Positions 54,087-64,000 of a stretch of 64,000 nucleotides of DNA are shown piece after piece (position 1 is the stretch's first letter; each line of letters begins with the position of its first letter). A program made the position numbers and the translations under genes. The notes under the pieces are model-generated. The model was not told the origin of the DNA, ran no database searches, and worked only from the letters and a program-made list of their open reading frames with translations. This DNA comes from Methylophaga sp. (lineage in GTDB: Bacteria; Pseudomonadota; Gammaproteobacteria; Nitrosococcales; Methylophagaceae), in contig JAFIFW010000010.1 of NCBI GenBank assembly GCA_020831825.1, forward strand, positions 113,243 to 177,242, in the 5' to 3' direction.

Positions 54087-56345
54087 CTACTTGGTTGAAT
54101 CCAGTTCAGCATCCGATGAATCAGATGGCTGAGCAGGATTGCCATGACTGGCGCCATCATCAGCCAGCAATCTCAAGACGCCCGCAGGAGAAGATCCATC
54201 TTTTTCCTGTCCAAAGAACATGGTCATGTGCGGGAATGGTATCTCGATACCGGCACGATCCAGATGCTGTTTCACCAGACGATTATAGGCTCTTCCGATT
54301 CCAAACTGTTTGCCGGGTAACGTCTTGATTCTGACTCGAATATCCACAGAACTGTCATTCAGTGCCACTACACCATCCACCTGTAAGTCATCTTCGATGA
54401 TGTTTTCACGCTGTTCCGGATCTTCAAGCAATTCAGCAAAGGCATCTCGCAATTTGCTAATCGCTTCATCAATATCCTCCCGATAGGCAATGCCATAAAC
54501 GCCAAGGTGATAAGCATACTCACGCATGAAATTGGACACGGTATCCACGGATGAAAACGGGATCAGATGATAGGTACCCGAAACATCACGCAGGCTCAGC
54601 GAGCGAATAGTCAACTTCTCAACTACCCCTGTCATACCTGCAACAGTAATGATGTCACCGGCATTAATGCCGTTTTCCATCTGAATGAATACCCCGGTAA
54701 TGACATCCTGCACCAGTTTTTGTGCGCCAAAACCAATGGCCAGACCCAGCACACCCGCACCGGCCAGTAACGGACCAATATTGATGCCAATTTCAGCCAG
54801 CACCACCATAATGGTGACTGTCACCAAGGCAATGGAGGCGGCATTTCGGAACACGGTCAAGAGGGTTTTCTCTCGTGGACTTGGCTCACGGTTGCTTGCC
54901 AGAGGGTTGAGTCGATGTTCAATCCAACTGGCCAATCCAATCCAGATGAGACTTGCAGCTATCAAAATCGCAGCCACCGTCAACAAGGTGAGAATGGTAT
55001 TGATCCCGGCCTCTGAGCCAAGCCATGTAGCCAGATTGAATATACTCCAGGCATCCAGTATAACCGCAATCACTCCGACAACAATAATAATGCGCAAGGT
55101 CTCAAATACCGTAGGTACAAAAGCATTCAGTCGATCTTCAAGCTGAGGAAATGACTGTCTGGTTTCTTCAGAAATCTTCAGCGGCTTTTTAATGAAATGA
55201 CTGATGACCTTGGTGAAGGCAATGCCCAGACCTACGGCCACAATGGTCTGGAAAGTCGCCTTGAGCATCATCGGCAAGGCATCTTCAGGTCGCAGAAGCA
55301 AAGCAATCGCCAATATTGCAAAATACAAAACCGCCAATACGTGCCAACTACGCGCCAGCATACCCAGGCTTACCCTGAACAGGCTGATGTTTGACTCACC
55401 GGCCATTAGCATCAACTGATTTCTGACCGGGCTGCGATTTTGCAAAATCACCACCAAGGCATACAGGAAGGCAATGACCACCACCACGATGCTGAAAAAC
55501 TGGCCTAACACCGGTGAGATGGTGACGTTAATCAACGGCACGATCATCAACATACCGTAACCAATAATCGTGCTCAGTCTGATCAGCCATGTTTCCCAAT
55601 AAATGGCCGTTTCACGACACATTGGCAGCAGGCGCAGTTCATCATCCTTATCCGCAAATACAGTTCTGATGAGTAGCTTGAACACTTCTATCAACAAGAA
55701 GGCATTCAGGAAGATGGATTCAGTGACATCCATTTTGCCGGTCTCCCCCACCACCAGCAGGGCAATCACATAACCAGTGATCCAGGCCAGAAGGACAATG
55801 GCAACATCCAGTAAAGCCGATACAGAGACTGCAACTACTCGGCGCAGCATCAAATTCGGGCCACGCCCACGAGCAGCTAACAGATTGGCTCTGACAAAAA
55901 GTGGGCGGGCGGCCAGTCGCAACCCCCAGAACAACAGCAACGTGGTCGCGATGACAATGCTCAGGCTAAACAGTAAAGACAAGGTAGACAGCCAACCATT
56001 GTCCGAGACTATCGAACGAATTTGCCAGATGGCTTGCATGCCTTCATCGATTTTCTGCACCAGTTCCTGTGCAACATTCTGGGTATTGCTGGCAAGCTGC
56101 CTGGCCAGCGAAGGCGCTTCTTCTCCAGAAACAACATCACGAGTTGACTGCTCTGGCGACTGTCCATCTGCCATTAAACGCAGTTGCTCGATAAAGCGTG
56201 TTCTGCTCTGCTCATCCTCAAGAATATCCGCAAGGATGCGATAGGACTCTTCCTGTTGTGTCTGCTCAGAAGCGATGGCTGTGGGGATAGCTCCCATCAG
56301 CAGAAGTACGAATAAATAGAGAGGCAGCAGCAAAAATTGGCGCAC
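54087..56345 (-). CDS. MscS-family mechanosensitive channel (YbiO-like)
   Basis: GPLLAGAGVLGLAIGFGAQ.LV.D.I.G.F, GIEIPFP; many TMs. Confidence 0.92.
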   Translation of the reverse strand: MRQFLLLPLYLFVLLLMGAIPTAIASEQTQQEESYRILADILEDEQSRTRFIEQLRLMADGQSPEQSTRDVVSGEEAPSLARQLASNTQNVAQELVQKIDEGMQAIWQIRSIVSDNGWLSTLSLLFSLSIVIATTLLLFWGLRLAARPLFVRANLLAARGRGPNLMLRRVVAVSVSALLDVAIVLLAWITGYVIALLVVGETGKMDVTESIFLNAFLLIEVFKLLIRTVFADKDDELRLLPMCRETAIYWETWLIRLSTIIGYGMLMIVPLINVTISPVLGQFFSIVVVVIAFLYALVVILQNRSPVRNQLMLMAGESNISLFRVSLGMLARSWHVLAVLYFAILAIALLLRPEDALPMMLKATFQTIVAVGLGIAFTKVISHFIKKPLKISEETRQSFPQLEDRLNAFVPTVFETLRIIIVVGVIAVILDAWSIFNLATWLGSEAGINTILTLLTVAAILIAASLIWIGLASWIEHRLNPLASNREPSPREKTLLTVFRNAASIALVTVTIMVVLAEIGINIGPLLAGAGVLGLAIGFGAQKLVQDVITGVFIQMENGINAGDIITVAGMTGVVEKLTIRSLSLRDVSGTYHLIPFSSVDTVSNFMREYAYHLGVYGIAYREDIDEAISKLRDAFAELLEDPEQRENIIEDDLQVDGVVALNDSSVDIRVRIKTLPGKQFGIGRAYNRLVKQHLDRAGIEIPFPHMTMFFGQEKDGSSPAGVLRLLADDGASHGNPAQPSDSSDAELDSTK

Positions 56346-56436
56346 AAAAAGTCTCCTGTGATGACTATGTATAGTCAGCAGATAATTGACAGTTGAGTAT
56401 ACAAATAACGGGCGCTCAGGCTCAAATTAACGGCTT

Positions 56437-57063
56437 TCAGTCTGGCGGAAAAACACTGACAATCTCCGGTTGCTCTCCTGGCTTGATGCGCAGCAAAAAC
56501 CCTTTACCTGAGCCCGTAAAGGCATCTGTCAGTGCTGTAATGTTCACCTGATGTGTGACATAGACTCGCAGCTTTTCAGACGGCGCCTGCTGTAAATGCT
56601 CAAGCCAGGCATCCATCCTCGCTTGTTGCTGATCACGAAAGCGTGCTTGAAAAAATGAATCCAGAGCGGCTAGATGTTCAACCGGCCCCAAATCCAGCAG
56701 CTCCGCTGTTTGCCAGCTTCGGCACCAGAGACTGCTATACACCTGTGCCGAGCTGACCCCCAGAGAACTCAGGCTATCACCCAAATCAATTGCCTGAAGC
56801 CTGCCCTGTTCAGACAAATTACGCTGGCTGGCGCAGTCATCCAGTGAAAAGCCTTGCGGATCGCCAACACCGGGAGCCAGAGCATGTCGCAATACCAGGA
56901 CGTGGTCAGGCTGACTCAATAAACTTTCAAGCTGGCTTGTGTGCTCGGCCCTCACATTCAAAGCCACCAGCAGTAAACACACGCTGATAAATGAAGTTGT
57001 GCCACAAGCTCTCCAGCTTGATTGAGCAACGAAGCAAAAGTATTTGCTATGACTAAGTGCCAT
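56437..57063 (-). CDS. Exported histidine-phosphatase family protein
   Basis: LRHALAPG, QRNLS..G, SS.WCRS.QTA, VTHQVNI; start uncertain. Confidence 0.82.
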   Translation of the reverse strand: MALSHSKYFCFVAQSSWRACGTTSFISVCLLLVALNVRAEHTSQLESLLSQPDHVLVLRHALAPGVGDPQGFSLDDCASQRNLSEQGRLQAIDLGDSLSSLGVSSAQVYSSLWCRSWQTAELLDLGPVEHLAALDSFFQARFRDQQQARMDAWLEHLQQAPSEKLRVYVTHQVNITALTDAFTGSGKGFLLRIKPGEQPEIVSVFPPD

Positions 57064-57199
57064 TGACCAATATCTGTTTTTGAAAAGCGAGCTGAGACAG
57101 CACTTTTGTCAATCAATGACTGCCATAGTTTCCAAGCAGGCTATTGACGCAGCTTGAGCAAAGTATGACTCTGACGTTTCAAATCGTTCTGGAGCCTGC

Positions 57200-57889
57200 A
57201 TGCAAGAAGCCAAATTCCACCGACGCATCACATTACTGTTACAGTTTATTCTGCTGGTCGGTGCCGCCGGCGCTATCTGGGAACAGCAGTGGCTGAACGT
57301 ATTGCTGATCGCGGGCATTATCATCATTACGCTGCTGCCGCTAATATTGGAGCGCCGCTTCAAAGTATTCATCCCTGCCGAATTCAAGGTGCTGGCTATC
57401 GCCTTTGTATTTGCGGCAGTGTTTCTTGGCGAAGTGCACGGCTATTACACCCGCTTCTGGTGGTGGGATATCGTCTTGCACACCAGTTCTGGTTTCCTGC
57501 TCGGCATTGTCGGTTTTCTGCTGGTGTATGTGCTCAATGAAACCGAACAAATCGATATGCACATGCGTCCCGGTTTTGTGGCTTTTTTTGCCTTTCTGTT
57601 TGCACTCGGCGTAGGTACGCTCTGGGAAATTTTTGAATTCGCCATGGATTCACTGTTCGGCACACAAATGCAAAAACCTATGCTCGGCGATCCTTCAGGT
57701 CTGACTGATACCATGATCGATCTCATCGTGGATGCCATCGGTGCCTTGATAATTTCCGTGCTTGGCTATGGTTATCTGAAAACCAAGGGCAATGAGTCTT
57801 TTCTGGAGCGCTGGATACAGAACTTTATCAATGCCAATCCAAGGTTGTTCAAGCGTAACTGGGGCAGAAAGAAAAACAATTCAGAATAA
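57200..57889 (+). CDS. Integral membrane protein (DUF2238-like)
   Basis: WWWDIVLH, LWEIFEF, DTMIDL motifs among TM helices. Confidence 0.7.
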   Translation: MQEAKFHRRITLLLQFILLVGAAGAIWEQQWLNVLLIAGIIIITLLPLILERRFKVFIPAEFKVLAIAFVFAAVFLGEVHGYYTRFWWWDIVLHTSSGFLLGIVGFLLVYVLNETEQIDMHMRPGFVAFFAFLFALGVGTLWEIFEFAMDSLFGTQMQKPMLGDPSGLTDTMIDLIVDAIGALIISVLGYGYLKTKGNESFLERWIQNFINANPRLFKRNWGRKKNNSE

Positions 57890-57992
57890 TCGACAGGACA
57901 TCTTCCCGGCTCATTTCAGGCTATCCGCAACTATTTGCAGATGGCTCAAGCCTCTATGATGAGTGTCTGACTTTCCAGGTTTTGGATCTTGA

Positions 57993-58475
57993 ATGGCGCC
58001 GTTGCTTCGTTATGTTTTTCTGCTCACCTGTCTGTTGTTGTCAGCTTGTGATAATGGTGAACCTATTGCCCTGGGTGAGCATAATGTCATCACCGAAAAA
58101 GAGCTGCCAGTCTGGCTTGATGGCACCGTCAACATGACGCCACAGGAATGGCTGATAATGCGCAGCAGACCCGGCAATCAAGGCACAACAGCTGTTCCAA
58201 TCAACGAGAAAAATGCGGTTGGCTTGCTGATTGATCAGGCCAGTGCCCGGTTTGATGAGAGTCACCGAATGGTCGCCAATCGGGCAGCTCAATTACAGGA
58301 TATGCTTGCTGAGCATGATATCCATGAAGACGCCATCAGTCTGATGCATTGGTTTGTTGATTTGCCTGCCACGCAACACCCGCATAGTTTTTCAGCAATG
58401 TGCCAGTATTATTACAACATGCGCTCACAAGGCTATAGCCAGCAGGAAGTTGGTCAAGCGCTGTTGAAAATGTAA
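57993..58475 (+). CDS. MxaH-like lipoprotein
   Basis: Lipobox LSAC; ESHRMVANRAAQL..ML resembles my recollection of MxaH-family proteins. Confidence 0.55.
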   Translation: MAPLLRYVFLLTCLLLSACDNGEPIALGEHNVITEKELPVWLDGTVNMTPQEWLIMRSRPGNQGTTAVPINEKNAVGLLIDQASARFDESHRMVANRAAQLQDMLAEHDIHEDAISLMHWFVDLPATQHPHSFSAMCQYYYNMRSQGYSQQEVGQALLKM

Positions 58476-58586
58476 GCGGCATCAACCGCAAATGGCAACT
58501 CACTGTACTCATTCATACGGCTGCTCGAAACCCTGCAAGAATGTTTCTATAATAAAGTCAGTTGATCTCTCGCAAGCGCCCAATTC

Positions 58587-59861
58587 ATGGCAATGCAAGG
58601 TGAGCAGCGCCATTATTTCCAGCAGATAATCACCTTCATGTCATCAAGCACCTCATCCAGCTACGCAGATCTGATTCGCAGTCATTACGGACTAATCGGC
58701 GTGGCCTTGCTTGCCATGTTTACAGGCAATCTGGGCCAGAGTTTCTTTATCGGTCTGTTTCAAGCAGACATCATGGCGCATCTCGGCTTGAGCCTGACCC
58801 AGTTTGGCAGTCTGTATGCTGGCATTACCATGCTGAGTGGCTTTCTGGTCCTGCACTTTGGTGCCAAACTTGACTGGATCCCCCCAAAGCAATACGCCTC
58901 GCTGGTTTTTCTGGCTTTAGCCAGCGGCTTGCTGCTGTTAACGCTCTCCCCCTGGTTAATCGCCAGCATGTTGGGACTGGCACTGCTGCGCTTTTGTGGA
59001 CAAGGCTTGATGACCCATCTGGCCAGTACACTGGCCGCGCGTGAATTTCAGACAAATCGAGGCCGGGCACTGGGCTTGGTCAGCCTGGGTATGCCGATGG
59101 GCGAAATTCTGCTGCCGCCGCTGATTGCTTTGGCAATGATTTGGATGAACTGGCGGCAAATCTGGTGGATATTGCTGGGCTTGTTAATTATCTGCTGGCT
59201 GATTGCCCTGTTTCGAGTCGACTGGCCGGATGCGCCGCAAAACAAACAACAGGCTAAGCAAAAACAACAAACCGGCCAATCGCCCACCAGAGAATTACGT
59301 TTCTGGTTATTGATGCCAGTATTGATGGCATTACCGATTGCACTGACCGGTATCTTTATTTTTCAGGCACAAATGACTGCCGACTTAGGTGCCAACATCA
59401 CTACCTATGCCATTGCGCTGATGGCAATGGGATTAGCCCGTTTCCCCGGGGCACTGCTGGGCGGTCGATGGGTAGATGAATTTGGCGTCGCCATGCTGGC
59501 AAGGGTTTATCTGTTGCCATTTGCAGCAGGATTACTGATTGCCGCCATTGTCGGTGGCAATGTCGGCATCTGGCTGATCATGCTGGGCGCAGGTCTGTCA
59601 CTTGGCATGCAATCTCCCATTGGCGACAGCCTGCTGGTCAAAATCTGGGGTCGTGAATTTTTGGGACGTTTACGCTCAGTCAAGTCAGCCTTAATGGTTT
59701 TCTCAACCGGCGTCACACCAGCAATTGTCGGCCTGGCTTTAGATGGTGGCATTCACTTTCAAGCGATTCTTGCCGGCATGCTGTTATTTTTGCTGATTGG
59801 CTGGTGCCTGGCATTGCCTCCCATTCAAACTGCCAGCCAGTCAAAAGAGCCCTCAAGCTGA
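58587..59861 (+). CDS. MFS transporter
   Basis: About 12 TMs, GQSFFIG.F, LRFCGQG, RGRALG; start may be 58638. Confidence 0.88.
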   Translation: MAMQGEQRHYFQQIITFMSSSTSSSYADLIRSHYGLIGVALLAMFTGNLGQSFFIGLFQADIMAHLGLSLTQFGSLYAGITMLSGFLVLHFGAKLDWIPPKQYASLVFLALASGLLLLTLSPWLIASMLGLALLRFCGQGLMTHLASTLAAREFQTNRGRALGLVSLGMPMGEILLPPLIALAMIWMNWRQIWWILLGLLIICWLIALFRVDWPDAPQNKQQAKQKQQTGQSPTRELRFWLLMPVLMALPIALTGIFIFQAQMTADLGANITTYAIALMAMGLARFPGALLGGRWVDEFGVAMLARVYLLPFAAGLLIAAIVGGNVGIWLIMLGAGLSLGMQSPIGDSLLVKIWGREFLGRLRSVKSALMVFSTGVTPAIVGLALDGGIHFQAILAGMLLFLLIGWCLALPPIQTASQSKEPSS

Positions 59862-59868
59862 TAATTAT

Positions 59869-59895
59869 TAAAGAAGCGGCAAAAATTGCCGCTAT
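59869..59895 (+). promoter_or_regulatory. Sigma-28-like promoter overlapping a hairpin
   Basis: TAAA-N15-GCCGCTAT; the same bases form inverted repeat AGCGGCAA/TTGCCGCT. Confidence 0.45.
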
Positions 59896-59927
59896 TTAAA
59901 ATATCACCATCGGCCGAGGGTTCACTT

Positions 59928-60518
59928 ATGACATCTACAATCCAACCATTTGGACAAACTGTCAAAAACATCGCGCAAGATCCTGCCAACAAAACAGAAC
60001 GGCCACTGGGTCAGCAAATTTCTGAACTGGCCAAAAGCAGACAATCTCTGCTCAGTGAAGCCAAAAGTGAATTTAATCGTAACCTGATCGAAGTCACGAT
60101 TTCGGTCAGCAACAGTCGCGGCGACTCATCAATGTCTTTGCTACTGAAAACCGCGATTGAAGGCATTAACGACGCACTCAAAGATGACTTTGGCGATAAC
60201 GCGATCCAAAACGCCTATCAACAAGGCATTGATGTCTCCCCCGAAGCAACTGCCGAGCGTATTGTGCAAATGAGCACCGCCTTTTTTGACGCCTACTACG
60301 CCAGTCGGCAAGACATGCCGCTTGATGAAGCCTTGCAATCGTTTGTCGAAGTCATCAGCCGCGGGATTGATCAGGGCTTTAAGGAAGCTCGGGATATCCT
60401 CTCCGGGCTACAGGTACTGCAAGGCGAGATTGCCAGCAATATCGACAAGACCTACGATCTGGTACAACAAGGTTTGCAAGACTTCCTGCAACAACGATTA
60501 CCTGCCAGCAAAGAATGA
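59928..60518 (+). CDS. DUF5610-like protein
   Basis: DVSPEATAERIV, GIDQGFKEARDIL, IDKTYDLVQ.GL; GAGGG RBS. Confidence 0.75.
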   Translation: MTSTIQPFGQTVKNIAQDPANKTERPLGQQISELAKSRQSLLSEAKSEFNRNLIEVTISVSNSRGDSSMSLLLKTAIEGINDALKDDFGDNAIQNAYQQGIDVSPEATAERIVQMSTAFFDAYYASRQDMPLDEALQSFVEVISRGIDQGFKEARDILSGLQVLQGEIASNIDKTYDLVQQGLQDFLQQRLPASKE

Positions 60519-60614
60519 ATCAAACGCTTGTGGCTTGAGTTATGCCACAAAGCCGCCTAACCTGAACGTTTCAGCACACAGTGGCTGAGACATTGTGTTG
60601 AGGGAGGCCATGCC

Positions 60615-61268
60615 GTGGATAAAACGCTGGTAATTGGTGCCAATGGTCAGATTGGCAAGCAACTGGTGCAGCTGATGTCCGGGCAATCCATGCATGTCCG
60701 AGTGATGCTGCGTTCGCAGAACCAAGCCTCTTTTTTTACCGCTCTAGGCGCTGAAGTCGTCATTGCCGATCTGGAACACCCCTTGCCCGTTACCGCCTTT
60801 GCTGAGTGTGACAAAGTGGTATTCACTGCCGGTAGCGGTGGCAAAACCGGTGCCGCCAAAACCATTCTGGTTGATCTTTGGGGTGCCTGCAAAGCCGTGG
60901 ATATGGCCAAGCATCATGACATCAAACAATTTGTCATGGTCAGCGCCCAAAATGCCGGGGATCCGGACAATGGCAACCCGGCCATCAAGCATTACAACGT
61001 CTGTAAGCATTTTGCCGATGATTACCTGCAACACAGTGGCGTGCCCTACACCATTCTTCGTCCAGGACGGTTAACCGATGAAACGGCCACAGGGCATATC
61101 TCAACATCCCGGCCTGACAAAAAAGATGACCGAATCATCAGTCGCGCCGATGTGGCTGCCTGCATTGTGCAATGCCTGGATCACTCCGAAGCCATCAATC
61201 AAATCGACGAACTGTATTATGGCGATATGCCAATCAGCGAAGCTTTTAACAAAGGTCGATCTATTTAA
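60615..61268 (+). CDS. Atypical SDR / NAD(P)H-binding protein
   Basis: GANGQIG, VFTAGSG, YTILRPG.L, ISRADVA; GGGAGG RBS. Confidence 0.88.
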   Translation: MDKTLVIGANGQIGKQLVQLMSGQSMHVRVMLRSQNQASFFTALGAEVVIADLEHPLPVTAFAECDKVVFTAGSGGKTGAAKTILVDLWGACKAVDMAKHHDIKQFVMVSAQNAGDPDNGNPAIKHYNVCKHFADDYLQHSGVPYTILRPGRLTDETATGHISTSRPDKKDDRIISRADVAACIVQCLDHSEAINQIDELYYGDMPISEAFNKGRSI

Positions 61269-61341
61269 ACACTCACCATATATACTGCTTGGCCGGCGAC
61301 CTCAAGAAAAGACCAAAGCGGCAATACTGAGCGTTTTTAGA

Positions 61342-61482
61342 GTGAATGGAACATCACGAGTGGTCAATGTCGGCACCAAGGTCAAAAACATTCGTCTGGT
61401 AGGCCGTGACCATAACATTGACTGCAAGATTGATGGTATCGGTGCAATGAAGCTCAAATCACAGTTCGTCAAAAAAGTCTGA
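61342..61482 (+). pseudogene. C-terminal fragment of PhnA/YjdM protein
   Basis: [34 protein letters not shown] with no N-terminal zinc ribbon. Confidence 0.7.
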
Positions 61483-61509
61483 CAGTCGCTAAATCGGCTT
61501 ACCATATAT

Positions 61510-61537
61510 AAAAAAGGGCTCTTTTGAGCCCTTTTTT
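61510..61537. terminator. Bidirectional intrinsic terminator
   Basis: AAAAAAGGGCTC-TTTT-GAGCCCTTTTTT. Confidence 0.9.
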
Positions 61538-61544
61538 GTGAAGA

Positions 61545-61790
61545 TTACTTTTCAGCGACCTTCTTGATGTTTTCGTGAATTTTAAACAACACGATCAGTA
61601 ACTCACACCAGATCCGGGCAAATACACCACCGCCAATGATGGTAGCAATCCCACTGAGGAAGCCAAAAAAGCCATTGCCGCTGAACATCAGCCCTAAACC
61701 GGAAATCACCACAAAAAACAAAATCAGCCAATAAACCAGCGTGATGATTTTGGGCGTCAGCATTGAATCAAAGTAAAAGATGTCTCTCAT
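61545..61790 (-). CDS. DUF4282-family small membrane protein
   Basis: FDSMLTPKIITLVYW, RIWCELLIVLFKIHENI. Confidence 0.85.
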   Translation of the reverse strand: MRDIFYFDSMLTPKIITLVYWLILFFVVISGLGLMFSGNGFFGFLSGIATIIGGGVFARIWCELLIVLFKIHENIKKVAEK

Positions 61791-61869
61791 GGTCATTCCT
61801 TGTTATTGATAATTGAGTCATACGGACGCGTTCGTCTTTTCGCTTCCGTGCGTTTTGCAGTTTCTGTTA

Positions 61870-62448
61870 TCAACCAAACGGTTTAACGCCGAACAAGGCC
61901 ACATGCAGATAGAGGGCAAACACCTTCCACAACACCAGACCGACCACGATCACCAGAATGTCAGCTTTCAGCGTTCCCTGGGCGCGGCTGACACCAAGTC
62001 TGCGATCCCGGCGGCGCGATACGGCAAAGTCAACCACAGACCAAACCAGAAAACTGCCGAACAAGAGTAAGGCAGCAAGGGTGCCATTGGCAACCAAATG
62101 TGCCACGGCCCAGAGCTTGACCGCCAATAGCATTGGATGGCCCACTTTCGCTTTGATTCGCGATGCTGGCAGATAGGTCGCGACCAGCAATATAAAGGCA
62201 GGTAGCGTCAATAAGGCTGCCAGATGTCTGCTCCACACCGGGGCCACCCACAACACTTCTGGCGCAGCTTTAATGGCAGAGTAGCCAACCACAATCAACC
62301 ACAGGCCAATCAGCGAGAGCAGGGCATAAACAGTTTTCCATTTCAAAATGCCATGTTTGGCAATTTGAGCGGTTCGCCAGTCATCAGCAAAAATTCTGGT
62401 CGAATGAACCCCAAGAAAAAGGAGCAGGCCCGTCAGCAGTGTCAGCAT
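61870..62448 (-). CDS. NnrU-family membrane protein
   Basis: LFLGVHS, GHPMLL.VKLWAVAHL.ANG, HVALFGV.P. Confidence 0.88.
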   Translation of the reverse strand: MLTLLTGLLLFLGVHSTRIFADDWRTAQIAKHGILKWKTVYALLSLIGLWLIVVGYSAIKAAPEVLWVAPVWSRHLAALLTLPAFILLVATYLPASRIKAKVGHPMLLAVKLWAVAHLVANGTLAALLLFGSFLVWSVVDFAVSRRRDRRLGVSRAQGTLKADILVIVVGLVLWKVFALYLHVALFGVKPFG

Positions 62449-62604
62449 ATTAATCTCCAGATGATTGATTCAAATTGTCTACTACACTTTAGCTTGTTAA
62501 GCCATTGAAGTCTTCTCCTCCTGTTATTGATTGAGCAAACACAATCCAATGCTGACGATTGCTATACTGAGTTCAAAACGTTTTCTTTAGCTGGTTGATA
62601 TCGA

Positions 62605-63942
62605 GTGACTGAACAGCTGCAACAGGCTTCAAACTACACCGACATAGCACCGGCATCTCCGGAAAGTCGTACATCGTTGCGACGATTACGCGCCTGTCAT
62701 GAATGTGACTGGGTCATGGTATTGCCACGTTTGCGGCCCGGTGAAAAATGCACTTGCCCACGCTGCGGTCATACTATCGTGCGCCGACACTTTAGACCCG
62801 CACAACGCAGCATGGCCCTGGCACTCAGTGCACTGGTGGCGTTGATACTGGCCGTGTCGTTTCCCTTTGTCAGCTTTGATGTAAGAGGCTTTGGCAACAA
62901 TATCGAGCTGACACAAACCGCCACAGCATTATTGGGCTTTCATCAGCCAGTCATTGCCATCATTGTGGCCTTGACCATTATCGTATTACCGGCGGTTTAT
63001 CTGTTTGCCGTCATCTGGCTGCAACTCGGACTGATGCAGGGCAAGCCTCTGCCGTTCAGCCGCAGCATCGCCCGTTCGCTATCACACATGAATCCGTGGA
63101 TGATGGCAGATGTATTCATCATCGCTGCCTTGGTCAGCCTGATAAAAATTGCCGGCATGGCAACTATCGGTTTTGGCATCGCGTTTTGGGCGTTTTGTGC
63201 CTTTGCTATTTTGCTGTTGATGACTACACATTCCATTGATGCCGATTGGATGTGGTTTTCCATTGCCGGAGAACCTCAAGCGCCCAAGCAGATTCAAACC
63301 GGCCAGACCGCTTCCAGCCAGGGCATGACCGGCTGCCCGACTTGTGGCCTGGTGAACAGTCTGGATGCATCTGGTCATGGCGAATGTCGCCGCTGTGGTG
63401 AACCGTTGCATGCCCGGGTACCGCACAGTCTGCAACGCACCTGGGCCTTATTGTTTGCTTCGATCATCATGCTTTTTCCGGCCAATCTCTATCCCATCAT
63501 GACCACGACGCTGCTGGGCCAAAGTCAGACGTCCACTATCCTGGGCGGTGTGGTGCAACTCTGGCAAAATGGTTCATGGCCTATCGCACTCATCATCTTT
63601 GTCGCCAGTGTGGTGGTGCCGGTGGGCAAAATCATCGCGCTGGGCTGGCTGTGTCTCATTGTGCGACATACTGAAGAACTCAAAGCCTCGGTCAGAACTC
63701 GGCTGTACCGTGTCACTGAATTTATCGGACGCTGGTCGATGGTCGATTTGTTTGTGGTGGCAATTATGGTCGCACTGATTCGAGCAGGTAATATTATGTC
63801 TATTGAGCCGGGTTCAGCGGCAGTCGCCTTTGGCGCAGTCGTGGTATTAACCATGTTGGCGGCCATGACCTTTGATCCCCGTTTGATATGGGATGGAACA
63901 CAATCAACTAAGCAACGCCAGTTTCAGGAAAGTAAACAATGA
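62605..63942 (+). CDS. pqiA: Paraquat-inducible protein A (two fused halves)
   Basis: CHECD..CPRCG, PWMMADVF, CPTCG..CRRCG, GRWSMVD.F, FDPRLIWD. Confidence 0.92.
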   Translation: MTEQLQQASNYTDIAPASPESRTSLRRLRACHECDWVMVLPRLRPGEKCTCPRCGHTIVRRHFRPAQRSMALALSALVALILAVSFPFVSFDVRGFGNNIELTQTATALLGFHQPVIAIIVALTIIVLPAVYLFAVIWLQLGLMQGKPLPFSRSIARSLSHMNPWMMADVFIIAALVSLIKIAGMATIGFGIAFWAFCAFAILLLMTTHSIDADWMWFSIAGEPQAPKQIQTGQTASSQGMTGCPTCGLVNSLDASGHGECRRCGEPLHARVPHSLQRTWALLFASIIMLFPANLYPIMTTTLLGQSQTSTILGGVVQLWQNGSWPIALIIFVASVVVPVGKIIALGWLCLIVRHTEELKASVRTRLYRVTEFIGRWSMVDLFVVAIMVALIRAGNIMSIEPGSAAVAFGAVVVLTMLAAMTFDPRLIWDGTQSTKQRQFQESKQ

Positions 63943-64000
63943 GTGATGAGAGCAGAACATCGCGCAGTGACGAAGCGCGTCCGGATGTTCACCGGGCGGT
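63939..64000 (+). CDS. pqiB: Probable 5' end of PqiB/MlaD-domain protein (partial)
   Basis: ATG overlaps pqiA stop (ATGA), open to window end; identity from gene order only. Confidence 0.5.
   Translation, partial: MSDESRTSRSDEARPDVHRA

Noticed and set aside
61078-61341. N-terminal part of the 134-aa ORF 61078-61482
   Set aside because: Out-of-frame overlap with the SDR gene; only the PhnA-like tail is meaningful

Overview
A 64-kb stretch of gammaproteobacterial chromosome, mostly core genes. Gene order and an MxaH-like gene suggest a Methylophaga-like methylotroph (inference only). Bases 1-22 kb hold housekeeping blocks: leuS-lptE-holA-proA-nadD, rsfS-rlmH-maf-rng-yhdP, an M16 peptidase pair-rsmD-coaD-ferredoxin, ftsYEX-rpoH, lapAB-arsC-wrbA and birA-coaX. 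Next come tRNA-Ser(GGA), a two-gene histidine-phosphatase/GGDEF-EAL cassette, SRP RNA, dnaX-ybaB-recR, aat-bpt-infA, purine salvage genes, a BtuF/FecCD-type ABC transporter, ycbB-ycbK, trhO-ggt, moxR-DUF58-tgpA and tcdA. A yybP-ykoY riboswitch precedes a UPF0016 Mn exporter, and the 52-64 kb tail is more accessory, ending in pqiA-pqiB. No integrase, transposase, prophage or CRISPR array was seen. The best candidates for undescribed biology are: (1) a 144-aa protein with two His ladders at exact i+7 spacing around a Cys/His loop; (2) an EpmC-like HExxH protein coupled to tcdA; (3) a PAS-GGDEF gene split at an A_AAA_AAG heptamer, the same heptamer as the dnaX frameshift signal in this window; (4) an exported phosphatase plus c-di-GMP receptor cassette between tRNA-Ser and ffs; (5) two orphan genes behind sigma-28-like promoters; (6) an encapsulin-type ferritin with no targeting peptide or adjacent shell gene. 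All family assignments come from motif recognition by eye; no searches were run.
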